From the NCBI GenBank assembly GCA_030141605.1, contig JAQGDQ010001869.1, positions 1-22,886 on the forward strand: DNA of 22,886 nt, given 5' to 3'. This stretch comes from Tubiluchus corallicola. Its lineage: Eukaryota; Animalia; Priapulida. Positions 11,108-22,366 of this stretch are shown in pieces. Positions within the stretch are counted from its first letter, which is position 1; each line of letters begins with the position of its first letter. The translations under genes were made by a program, and so were the position numbers. Under the pieces are notes generated by a model. That model saw only the letters and a list, made by a program, of their open reading frames with translations. It was not told the DNA's origin and ran no database searches.

Positions 11108-11228
11108 GTTCTTATATACGTTGATAAACTGGATTTCACCTGCCCCTGTATGACTTGGATGGAAGGAAACGTGTCATCTAATCTTCAAAAAGTTCCCTGC
11201 TTCCTTAGAGCCAACGACAGACCACCAG
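11108..11228 (+). CDS. Polycystin-1-like gene, exon I (phase 0-1): PLAT/LH2 C-terminal part; the gene continues past a donor site
   Basis: Acceptor cacatctaag and donor G|gtaaga. Encodes VLIYVDKLDFTCPCMTWMEGNVSSNLQKVPCFLRANDRPP, matching the PLAT end V.V......Y.FPC..WL. Confidence 0.88.
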
Positions 11229-11503
11229 GTAAGACTGTGATATTAAACTTTTTAGATTGACTTATTAATGCTTTGATGATGCTCCATTAATGACCACTAA
11301 AGGCGAGTGTACCTTGCTGGATTATCAGATTTCAACACGTCATGATGTAAAGTGGCTATTTAAATTAGGCACCTTAAAAATTATGTTACTTTATGGCAAT
11401 GTTATGCATATATCCTACTCGAGTTAAAAGGATTTTTTGTTTGTTTTCATTTTAAAAATATTTAGCAATACTGTTCTGACAGCGCCATTACAAGACGTCA
11501 TAT

Positions 11504-12078
11504 GAGCTAAATGCTGCGTTTTATGCAGAGAAAAAATGGAGATAAATGCTACGTTTTAGCCAGAGAAAAATACAGCCAAATGCTACGTTTTGGGCAGAGA
11601 AAAATAGAGCTAACTGCTACGTTTTAGCCAGAGAAAAAATGGAACTAAATGCTACGTTTTAGCCAGAGAAAAATACAGCTAAATGCTACGTTTTGGGCAG
11701 AGAAAAATAGAGCTAACTGCTACGTTTTAGACAGAGAAAAAACAGAACTAAATGCTACGTTTTAGGCAGAGAAAAATACAGCTAAATGCTACGTTTTGGG
11801 CAGAGAAAAATAGAGCTAACTGCTACGTTTTAGCAGAGAAAAAATAGAGCTAAATGCTACGTTTTAGGCAGAGAAAAAATAGAGCTAAATGCTACGTTTT
11901 AGGCAGAAAAAATAGAGCTAAATGCTACGTTTTAGATAGAAAAAAATAGAGCTAAATACTACGTTTCAGACAGAGAAAAAACAGAACTAAATGCTACGTT
12001 TTAGGCACAGAAAAATACAGCTAAATGCTACGTTTTGGGCAGAGAAAAATAGAGCTAACTGCTACGTTTTAGCAGAGA
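11504..12078. repeat. 33-34 bp minisatellite, about 17 copies
   Basis: Unit AGAGCTAAATGCTACGTTTTAGGCAGAGAAAAAAT, with variants (GAAC, TACAGC, TAACT) recurring in triplets. Confidence 0.95.
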
Positions 12079-12481
12079 CATTTTTACATAGTTTGCTGCG
12101 TTGCAAGGTGGATATGCAACACTAAATAAGGTGGCTATTTATGCTTGTGGTGGTTGTAGCAGGAACGGAATCTAGCAAGATGAGGCACTGGATCAACCGA
12201 GGTGTCTTACCGCCACCTGGGATATACACATCTTCTCTCATATCAGATAAACAGGATCAGATTGCATGGCAGGCAGACGCTCATCCATTTATGAACTAGG
12301 TGCAGTGTTGCGGAAGTTCCGAGACACAGCCAATTCTGTTAACTCAAATAAATTTCTCTAAGATGCTCATGCAATTGAAAATTAATTGCACTGCTCTAAA
12401 TAGGAAAGGCACGTTTCCCCTCGAGTGCCAGACTGCTTGATGGATGGAAACACAGACAACTACAAAAACTGTTAAACTTAC

Positions 12482-12629
12482 CCGTTGCCTTGTCTTTAGC
12501 CGAGAACACTTCGCCATACGTCCCCTCCCCCACCGTGTCCAGCAGTTCGTATTTATCGGTTGGATCCGGCAGGTGATGAAAGTCAATCAAACAACTCAGC
12601 TGACTGTACAATTCCATTCGACTCTTCAT
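12482..12629 (-). CDS. MYO3: Myosin III (NINAC/MYO3-like) N-terminal STE20-type kinase, first coding exon (ends in phase 1)
   Basis: Encodes MKSRMELYSQLSCLIDFHHLPDPTDKYELLDTVGEGTYGEVFSAKDKAT(G). The G-x-G-T-Y-G-x-V loop is preceded by 'F..LPDP.D.Y', as in class III myosins. Strong donor G|GTAAGT at 12481; probable acceptor ttatttacag with the exon starting at 12689. The start could be at 12629 or 12617. Other GCK/STE20 kinases are not fully excluded. Confidence 0.8.
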
Positions 12630-13501
12630 TATGCTGTATTTACCTGCTGTCCTTGATTAACAACAAAATCAATCATCTCCAAATGTTACCTGTAAATAAT
12701 CAATTGTTATCAATTAACTAATCAGGTAATCACGTCTTTTCGCCGGTTCCAGCGATTGATGATGATCATGAAAACGTCAAAGGTTAAGTGTATCAGACAA
12801 TATGCATTAGTGAACACTTGACAACGCTTCACAGCCCCTGTTATTGTAATAGTAACAGTTTTAACAACTAGCTAGAACCTTACCTAGTTCATTTTTTGTT
12901 GTTTCCAAGCAAGATCCTGCTAGTAAATCACTCTACGCGCAGACTAATGCATAATTAATTAAAAACCATGCAAAACAACATAAATTACTGAACCGATGCT
13001 GCAGAAGGCTTTGCTTTACCAATACGTTACGTGACAGTTGTAGTTAACACGCGTTGCTATGGCACACCTTTGACCAACAGTAACTACGCCGCGTACACAC
13101 TGCGACACTGCGAAAAGGCTTATTAATTAACGTACGAAACAGCCAGAAAAGCGATGTTACCTGCTTCACTGGGCATAAATACTGATAACACTGCATCCAC
13201 ATTACATAACCAGCTAATATTTCACAATGACTAGCTACCAGTTCCCACAGTTATTACGGTAGACTGCATAAAATGTTGTAATGAATGATAATGGAAAATG
13301 CGTACATTTACAAACAATAAACAATGGCTGACAGTACAGTACTCACATTTCTGCAAAATACACACAACAAACAACTTTCACAAATCCGTCTATCTAACAC
13401 AAACACGTAATTAACACATCTGTAATTCACATCAAAGAATAAAGATTAGAATTTAAGCTACTTATTTTCGCTACTAAATTTAGTTTCGCTTACGACGCGC
13501 T

Positions 13502-13577
13502 GCGAAATCCTACTTTTGATTGACGCATAGCGAAATCCTACTTTTGATTGACGCACAGCGAAATCCTATTTTTGATT
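13502..13577. repeat. 28-bp tandem repeat, about 2.7 copies
   Basis: GCGAAATCCTACTTTTGATTGACGCATA repeated at 13502, 13530 and 13558. Confidence 0.9.
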
Positions 13578-14028
13578 AGCGGTTTATGAAACAGTTAAAT
13601 TTAGCAGTGACACAGTCACGTGATCGAATGCACACAGGAAAATCCTGTCTACGTTGTGGCTGTGGATTTATCAGCTCCCAGTAGAAAGACCGGAAACACG
13701 TCATTCGGTTTACTGTGACAGGATTACAGGTAGGCCTGCAGGCGCCAGTCTTATCAAAATTTACACTACAATGGAGAGACAACCCGTCCCGGACTTTCGT
13801 GTCCATTTCACACCCTAATGAGTTCTAATTGCATCTTCATTTAGTAGTCAAACTCATTTTTCCTTTGATCACAAACTAGAAAAGTATCTTCAATGTGACT
13901 CCATTGTCAAACATTGACTGAAAACATTAATGATCTATAAACAAGATACACAAATTGAACACAATTCTTTTGTGAAATTTACGAAATTTTGTTGAACTGC
14001 ATAGCCACAACAATTCTCTAATAATCCT

Positions 14029-14347
14029 ATCATCATCATCATCATTATCATCATCATCATCATCATCATAATCATCATCAACACTACCATCACCATCCTT
14101 CTCTTTATCATCGTTCCCATCATCATCATCTTCATCATAATCATCATCATCATCAACACTACCATCACCATCCTTCTCTTTATCATCGTTCCCATCATCA
14201 TCATCATCATCTTCATCATAATCATCATCATCAACACTACCATCACCATCCTTCTCTTTATCATCGTTCCCATCATCATCATCATCATCTTCATCACAAT
14301 CATCATCATCAACACTACCATCACCATCCTTCTCTTTATCATCGTTC

Positions 14348-14378
<31 letters not shown>

Positions 14379-14392
14379 TCATTATTATTATC
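14029..14392. repeat. (TCA)n-based compound repeat with four higher-order units of 75-78 bp
   Basis: ACACTACCATCACCATCCTTCTCTTTATCATCGTTCCCA recurs at 14081, 14156, 14234 and 14312 between TCA runs. Confidence 0.93.
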
Positions 14393-14674
14393 ATTCCTTA
14401 TTATATTTTACAGAGTATAACAAGTTGGAATTCAGTACATAAGAAAAGACCTACTCAATACTAATACTTGCGGCAGAACAGGTACCTATCCTATTTATTA
14501 AAGAAAATTCTCTGATACGCATGCACAGACAGGTAAAGGTGTTTTAACCATGTTTAAACAAAGTGTATGCTATTGGAAAAACAACGCTTTTTCGTGGAAT
14601 TTCTAAATAGGTTTTCTCCACATAAAGTGCATGAAACCAAGTGCGCATGCGTAAAACAAGGACAAAGACAAGAA

Positions 14675-15275
14675 TAATTTAGCGTCACTCGTTTAACAGC
14701 ATAAACGACTGTTTAGCGACTTACACTTACAGGTAAGAACTATGCAGGTAAGAACGCAACACACAAATATCCTGTAGGGTATATGTCCTGTCATTGGCAT
14801 CCGCTAGTATCGAACTCAAGACTGCGTGGTTGCAGTCCATAACAATTAGGCAACCGCTAGTATCGAACTCAAGACTACGTGGCTGCAGTCCATAAGAATT
14901 AGGCAGCCGCTAGTATCGAACTCAAGACTACGTGGTTGAGGTCCATAAGAATTTGGCAGCCGCTAGTATCGAACTCAAGACTAAGTGGTTGAGGTCCATA
15001 AGAATTTTGCAGCCGCTAGTATCGAACTCAAGACTGCGTGGTTGCAGTCCATAAGAATTTGGCAGCCGCTAGTATCGAACTCAAGACTACGTGGTTGAGG
15101 TCCATAAGAATTTGGCAGCCCCTAGTATCGAATTCAAGACTGCGTGGCTGCAGTCCATAAGAATTTGGCAGCTGCTAGTATCGAACTCAAGACTGCGTGG
15201 CTGCAGTCCATAAGAATTTGGCAGCCGCTAGTATCGAACTCAAAACTACGTGGTTGCAGTCCATAAGAATTCGGC
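14675..15275 (-). mobile_element. tRNA-derived SINE with tandemly amplified head (53-bp unit, about 9 copies, 14797-15275)
   Basis: The minus-strand unit TGGACTGCAACCACGTAGTCTTGAGTTCGATACTAGCGGCTGCC resembles a tRNA 3' half with a B-box (GAGTTCGATAC). It is followed by a single body ending TGTAAGTCGCT...GACGCTAAAT, similar to L2-partnered SINE tails. The tandem array is certain; the SINE call is inference. Confidence 0.7.
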
Positions 15276-15404
15276 AAAAAACAGCTAAAGTGATTAAGAG
15301 TTGAATATATTTAGCAAGTGTCAATGCTCTATCATGCTTTAGTTAACTAATACGTTTTAGGGTGGCATGCGAATGGTTGAGTAGTACTGCGGTGCTTGAT
15401 GAAT

Positions 15405-15453
15405 GAAGTTAAGCAACACCGAATCTGGTCATTGAATGGATGGGTAACTACCG
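15405..15453 (+). pseudogene. 5S rRNA-derived fragment (internal control region), possibly the head of a SINE3-like element
   Basis: GAAGTTAAGCAACACCGAATCTGGTCATTGAATGGATGGGTAACTACC aligns by eye to the 5S pattern GAAGTTAAGCA...GGTTAGTACTTGGATGGGTGACCGCC (box A to box C). The flanks are not 5S. Confidence 0.7.
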
Positions 15454-15633
15454 AATTGCACATTCATTTCGACACTTTTACCTGCTCTCCTGCCCGGGAA
15501 TATTTACCTCACGTACATGAAAAGTGTGCAAGAGACCTCTGCTGGTCCACTGCCTCATCTCAGAGTGTAAGAAGCTGTAGCTAAGGACACAACACGCATG
15601 TAGGTATATGCGAATAATGTCTACAAGCATTTG

Positions 15634-16405
15634 TTAAGCTAGTCCACGACTCCACGTGTCTCGTTAAGCTAGTCCACGACTCTACGTGTCTCGTTAAGCT
15701 AGTCCACGAATCCACGTCTCGTTAAGCTAGTCCACGACTCCACGTGTCTCGTTGAGCTAGTCCACGACTCCACGTGTCTCGTTAAGCTAGTCCACGACTC
15801 CACGTGTCTCGTTAAGCTAGTCCACGACTCCACGTATCTCGTTAAGCTAGTCCACGACTCCACGTGTCTCGTTAAGCTAGTCCACGACTCCACATGTCTA
15901 GTTAAGTTAGTCCACGACTCCACATGTCTCGTTAAGCTAGTCCACGACTCCACATGTCTCGTTAAGCTAGTCCACGACTCTACGTGTCTCGTTAAGCTAG
16001 TCCACGAATCCACGTCTCGTTAAGCTAGTCCACGACTCCACGTGTCTCGTTGAGCTAGTCCATGACTCCACGTGTCTCGTTGAGCTAGTCCACGACTCCA
16101 CGTGTCTCGTTAAGCTAGTCCACGACTCCACGTGTCTCGTTAAGCTAGTCCACGACTCCACGTATCTCGTTAAGCTAGTCCACGACTCCACGTGTCTCGT
16201 TAAGCTAGTCCACGACTCCACATGTCTAGTTAAGTTAGTCCACGACTCCACATGTCTAGTTAAGTTAGTCCACGACTCCACGTGTCTCGTTAAGCTAGTC
16301 CACGACTCCACATGTCTAGTTAAGTTAGTCCACGACTCCACATGTCTCGTTAAGCTAGTCCACGACTCCACATGTCTCGTTAAGCTAGTCCACGACTCCA
16401 CATGC
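15634..16405. repeat. 30-bp minisatellite, about 26 copies
   Basis: Unit GTTAAGCTAGTCCACGACTCCACGTGTCTC. A 28-bp variant recurs 298 bp apart. Confidence 0.97.
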
Positions 16406-17055
16406 AAAAATGCTAAACGAAGTCAATCTTCTGATAGTTAAATTTCAAGTAAAACAGTTTTAACAATAGCAAGCTAACTTTCAACAGTGGGGTAAGATCT
16501 ACAAAGATTTCCCAAATGCCTGATTAAATACATACATCCGCTGCATTCCCAGAAATTCAGGAGACTTCAATTTATCCAGAGTCACCAATTGATGGTTCAT
16601 GACTTTTGCAAACATTAAAATTAGCAAATGAAAGAAATCCTTGAAATATTAGCACTGCTGTTATGTATCTTAAACTTTTCCAACGAAAATGACGTCATAA
16701 GTACTTTAATTGCAATTCATTTACCGAAATTTAATTATAATGGTCACTATGCAAGCAAATTACGATTAGTTGGCTTGTATAGTTTGAACTATCAAGGCAA
16801 CTTTGATAAAACTGACTGAAAATTGCCTAGTCTGCATAATATAATATGATAATTTAATAAATTTATTTGTCTGTTTATTTTACATAATTAATAAAGTACA
16901 TTAATTAGTCATTGATTAGAAAATGAAACTGGAAATGGGATGCCGAAAGACCAGCGGTCAGCCACCGCTGTCCAATTCATATTTAATAATAGACTTAATT
17001 TTATATTTAGGAGACTCTATTATAAAAGTGCAATAATTTATTGACAAGTAATTCG

Positions 17056-17125
17056 TTACAGTACATAACATTACATTACATTACACATACATTACATTAC
17101 AGTACATAACATTACATTATACAAT
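17056..17125. repeat. (ACATT)n pentanucleotide repeat, degenerate
   Basis: TTACAGTACATAACATTACATTACATTACACATACATTACATTACAGTACATAACATTACATT. Confidence 0.8.
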
Positions 17126-18087
17126 GCAAAAAACAATAGAAAACTACACAGACAGAACCCCGTGCATGGAGTATAACCGTCATATAACACAACAATGCTA
17201 ACTGACCATCTATTACTCAGCAAATGCTATTTAAACTGCTGTAAATGAATTATTACACGCAGTAAACGGCAATTCCATCATACCTACCATTCGTTTTAAT
17301 AATCCAAATTAATGTACATCGCACGTTAAGCCACCACAAACACTTTTCACTTACAATCTTCACAAACTATGGCGACCGTCAGATCACTATCCGTAGCACG
17401 TGCCGCGGCACACACAACAAAATGTGTTCTGTCAAAACTTTAGCTGAGCTAAAATTGAACTAATCACACAACACAAACATCGTCAAACAAACCCAAATCT
17501 GTTTTTATCAAATCAAAATGTATAATTCAATCAGCAGGATTTCGTCTGATAAGCACATTACGAGCGAGTTGAGCGGGTTTTTACAGGACAATCCTCCCGG
17601 GAATGATAGCAACGCACAGAATGATGGAAACCGGTATTATAGCGGTCGGCCGATAGGGGTCACTGGATAAAGTCGACCATTATGGCAGCTGGCGCGTGCA
17701 TAAAACAGACTACCCCAGACAAGCGAGTTTTGGGGGAGAGCCAAACAACGTTTTCAAAAAATGTTTGTTGAAAGTTTCACTTGTTTAATGGAAATTTTAC
17801 AATGGAAATTTTGATGGAAATTTTACTTAATGTCTAATTAAGTACTTCTGCCTAATTTTTGTTTTGCTAGGATTAATTTTGTAGAAAACTTTAATCTGTT
17901 TAATTTAGTGATTCATCTAACTTTTGCTTTTAGCCATATCTAATTTTACAATGTATTTTGTGCTTAACTGTTTTAGTACTTTAATCGGTTTTTAGTTTTG
18001 TTTATTTTAAGATATTCTGTTCTATTTTTATATTTTAATTAATGCTAACATGCCATGGACCATTATGGAAATATTAGTTTAAACATA

Positions 18088-18593
18088 ATTTATTTAGGAT
18101 TGGATCAGACAGTTTGAACAACATGATTTAGGATCCTCACCACAACAGACTTTATACACTATTTACAAGAATATTTACAGTAAGAATAGACTATAACTAC
18201 ACAAGCTGACAAGTTTTACTACAAGATTACATTAGACATTAGTAGAAAGTGACGGTTAGAAAACATTTACAGACTATAACTACACAAGCTGACAAGTTTT
18301 ACTACAAGAATACATTAGACATTAGTACAAAATGACGATTATTTAAGACTGATGCATTTCATATCAGATAGAAACTACTGGAAGCGTTTAGTACGTAATA
18401 TAAAGTCATGTATACATTGGAATATTTTACAGTTAGCAACATAGTTAAATTCATCTTTTCCGAATAATAACAACTTTAACAGATCATTATTTCCTAAGGC
18501 AGCTACATCAAGGTTTTCAGGTAGAAGTATTTCATTTAATTTATCAAACATAACATCACATTCCAACACAATATGGAAATATTGTGTATACAA
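18088..18593 (-). mobile_element. CR1/L2-group LINE 3' fragment (ORF2 C-terminus and 3' UTR with an internal duplication of about 80 bp)
   Basis: The ORF ends LLKLLLFGKDEFNYVANCKIFQCIHDFILRTKRFQ* (LL.G......N..I...I..FI..TKRF motif). The block GACTATAACTACACAAGCTGACAAG is duplicated near 18190 and 18272. A second copy of the same family lies at 22802. Confidence 0.85.
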
Positions 18594-19318
18594 TTTAATG
18601 TGTTCCTTGCAAAAACTAAAACTCTGTTCTGTTCTAAACTGACTTTTTCTGCGACTAAGTGCATTTAAAAGTCAAGACTGCTGAGCTATCGAAACCAGAT
18701 AAAAGTTTCTTATGTCTGTGAATGTTGTTTCCTACAAAATCTTATCTATAGTACAACTAAACACCTTCAGACAAAGCTTAAACTTAAACATTTACATATC
18801 GAGCTATTCCTAACTTCTGTTACAAAAAATGTATTAATAGTAATACCGGTAATATTCATAAGGTGTGGGATGTTTTTCTTTTATTTAACTTAAACATTCC
18901 CTGGACAAATCTTTACTGTACTCAGGCATAATGAACAAACAGGGGAAGGTACAAGGAACGTGTTATTTGAGGCCGCCTCTCATGGCCAGTCACCTCTATT
19001 AATTACACTAATACAAATAAGACACGGTCAAACAAGGATACCTCAACCTGGTCAGAACGTGGTCAGACAAGGCTGTCCTAGTCCACGGACTATTGCAGGG
19101 AATAATGTAGACGACTGCTATACTCTGACATATAATATTGAAGCACGTACTTGTATAGGAGGTGGAACAGCTGGACAAATTAACTGTTGTGACGACTAAA
19201 CACGGTAATAATTGATGTCTATACTAGGTTAGGAGGAGATTTCTACGCCTGGTCAATGGTATTTGTGTTGAAGCGCAGGTGTTAATTAAACCGATGCACT
19301 GAATGTTCGTTTATAGGG

Positions 19319-19959
<641 letters not shown>

Positions 19960-20380
19960 TTAGAATTTTGAATGGGCAAAGTAGCATGCATAATTTACAA
20001 TTCTCACCCGTCAAGCAGCTAAATCATTACCAGATTCCAACACGTACCTGCCACACACAATATAATTATCAGCAGCAGCAAACTCAATTACTTAGTACAA
20101 GTAACACATTAATATTAGAGGAGTTGCCCTACTAATGAAACTTGCTGTACACAGAACAGCTTTTACGGTTGTTCATATTGGAGTGTAACAAGTCTCTACA
20201 TGTAATAAATCGACTAAACTCGAATTTTTTAGGTTCAGCTCTCCACCTTATCAGGAAACTTAATTTAAACTAATTCAAGCGAGTATAACATTATAAGTTA
20301 CTGAGTTCTAAGATGTAAGCTAAATAACGTAAAGATAAAAAGACCTCCGAATGATTTTCAATTCCCACACAACTTAAATA

Positions 20381-20464
20381 CCCTAGTCCTAAACCTAGCT
20401 TTAGCCCTAATCCTAACCATAATCCTAATCCACTCTAGCCTTAACCCTAATCCTAATCCTACCT
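20381..20464. repeat. Degenerate (CCCTAA/TCCTAA)n telomere-like hexamer tract
   Basis: CCCTAGTCCTAAACCTAG...CCCTAATCCTAACCATAATCCTAATCC...TAACCCTAATCCTAATCCTA. Confidence 0.75.
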
Positions 20465-20532
20465 ATCTTCTTAGATGTGCAAAATTCTAATAAAAATGAT
20501 ATAAAAAACGAGAATGCAAAATTGGAGAAGAA

Positions 20533-21050
20533 AATGACAGCAACGATGATAATGATGGAGACATCGCCGCCAATGATGATGATGACGACGACGACGACGA
20601 TGATGGCGATGTTGATGATGATGACAATGATGATGATGATGACGATGCCGATGATGGTGATGACAATGATGGCGATGTTGATGATGATTGTGATAATGGC
20701 GATGATGACAATGACGACGACGATGATGATGATGACAATGACGGCGATGTTGATGATGATGATGGTGACAATGACGACAATGATGATGATGACGACGACG
20801 ACGACGAGGACGACGATGATGATGATGATGGCGATGTTGATGATGATGACAATGATGTTGATGATGACGATGCAGATGATGATGATGATGACAATGATGG
20901 CGATGTTGATGATGATTGTGATGATGGCGATGATGACAATGACGACGACGATGATGATGATGACAATGACGGCGATGTTGATGATGGTGACAATGACGAC
21001 AATGATGATGATGACGATGGAGATGACGATGATGTCAGTGACAATGGTAA
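20533..21050. repeat. Degenerate (GAT/GAC)n trinucleotide array
   Basis: GAT/GAC runs with recurring GATGGCGATGTTGATGAT sub-units. It accounts for the poly-M/T, poly-S and poly-I/V ORFs. Confidence 0.95.
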
Positions 21051-22324
21051 CTGTATAAACTTGACGTCTGTCATCTTTCCGTTGACACACAAATGAGAAT
21101 GAACGGGCGCCATTATTATGCGTCATTAAGTAACACAGTCACAGTGAAATTGGCAAAAACAGGAACTATGGTCAGAGCGAAGAGATAACTGTCTGCTATG
21201 GTTCAAGAGCCACAGTACAGCTGCTAGGAGTACAAACAAGCAAGAGAGAAAGAGAGACTAGATACATCCTGAAATGACACGGTAGACAGAAATGCTAAAC
21301 ACTTTATTACAGCAAAACCTGACCCAAACTTAAACTGTAGGTCAAAACAATCTACTGTTTAAAACATGGAAAAGAAACGTACTATTTTTCAAAAATGACT
21401 TACATGAAAGAATTATAACCACATAAACACAATTTCACGTTCGCACCACTAGTTCTTCACTGTTACATACATTTCACCATTCGCTAGTTAGACGGGCACT
21501 AGCGTCTGCATTTCGAAAACGCAGTGCACAAAAAACAGGTGCTGTACCTCTCAGTTCAGATGTGTTAGTCTGTGATAAACTACACACGTTCGACAGTTCA
21601 TGCTCGAGCACAGCTATAAATTTGAAATTTGAATTTTTATCTTAAAACTTGAATCTCTTACTGTAGCGCTGTACTTCAGTCTCTCTTTTCGCAAACACGT
21701 GCAACACGTTCATGGAATATTTTTGCTGTTAAAAATTACGTTAGTTTGTGATGTCATCAATAGTTGGGCTCGCACGCCGCTAAGTAAATTTTTTAATCTA
21801 TTATTTGATTATCAGAAAAGCTTTTGCAGTATTAATTGTGTTAAAATGTATACTTTTATCATACTTCATCATGGGGTAGTATGTGAAAAATCATCCTGTT
21901 TTCCTCTAACAATGCCATCAGGTTATCTTGAGCACTTTGGGTCAATTTGAGTTCTCGAATTACGAAATATTCAAGTCAAATGAACCCCGAAGTATTCCAG
22001 TTTACACCTATAATTATTAGTTTAAAATAACTCGAATCTCTACTTTGATTCAAACCTAAATTTTATCAGAAAGAAAATCCACAAGGTTTCAAGTTCAGAC
22101 TAAGTCTTCGAATAGCAAATTAATTGAAATTCCGCACAAATAATAATAATAAACTAAAAACAAACAAATTACGTTCAAACACTGTGCAGTTTAAATAAAC
22201 AATCTGTGGTTTTTTTCCTCAGATAGACTCAAGTCCTAAATGATTCTTTGGTGCAAAACATCCAAGTTCGATAACATTAAATTCAAACAGAATGACTCGC
22301 AAGTTGAGGAGGTGAGCAGCTCAA

Positions 22325-22366
22325 AAGTTAAGCAACAACAGCTCTGGGGTATTCTGGATGGGTGAC
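22325..22366 (+). pseudogene. Second 5S rRNA-derived fragment
   Basis: AAGTTAAGCAACAACAGCTCTGGGGTATTCTGGATGGGTGAC covers the same box A to box C span as 15405-15453. Confidence 0.6.

Noticed and set aside
12210-12335. Possible next minus-strand kinase exon (acceptor ttaacag, donor GTAAGA)
   Set aside because: The required frame reads ELAVSRNFRNTAPSS-stop, with no catalytic Lys motif.
13927-14394. Asp-rich and Met-rich ORFs suggesting an acidic biomineralisation-type protein
   Set aside because: They arise from a (TCA)n repeat, have no signal peptide, and are open in more than one frame simply because of the triplet repeat.
15699-16407. Repeat protein (HVESWTSLTR)n
   Set aside because: This is a translation of a 30-bp minisatellite, and the 28-bp variants break the frame.
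18945-19300. Possible solo LTR or exon (79-aa ORF)
   Set aside because: I could not establish TG..CA boundaries with a TSD, a second copy, protein motifs or fitting splice sites. It is left unassigned.
20381-20464. Interstitial telomere or chromosome fusion scar
   Set aside because: The tract is short, degenerate and in a single orientation. Such CCTAA-type tracts are common inside interspersed repeats.
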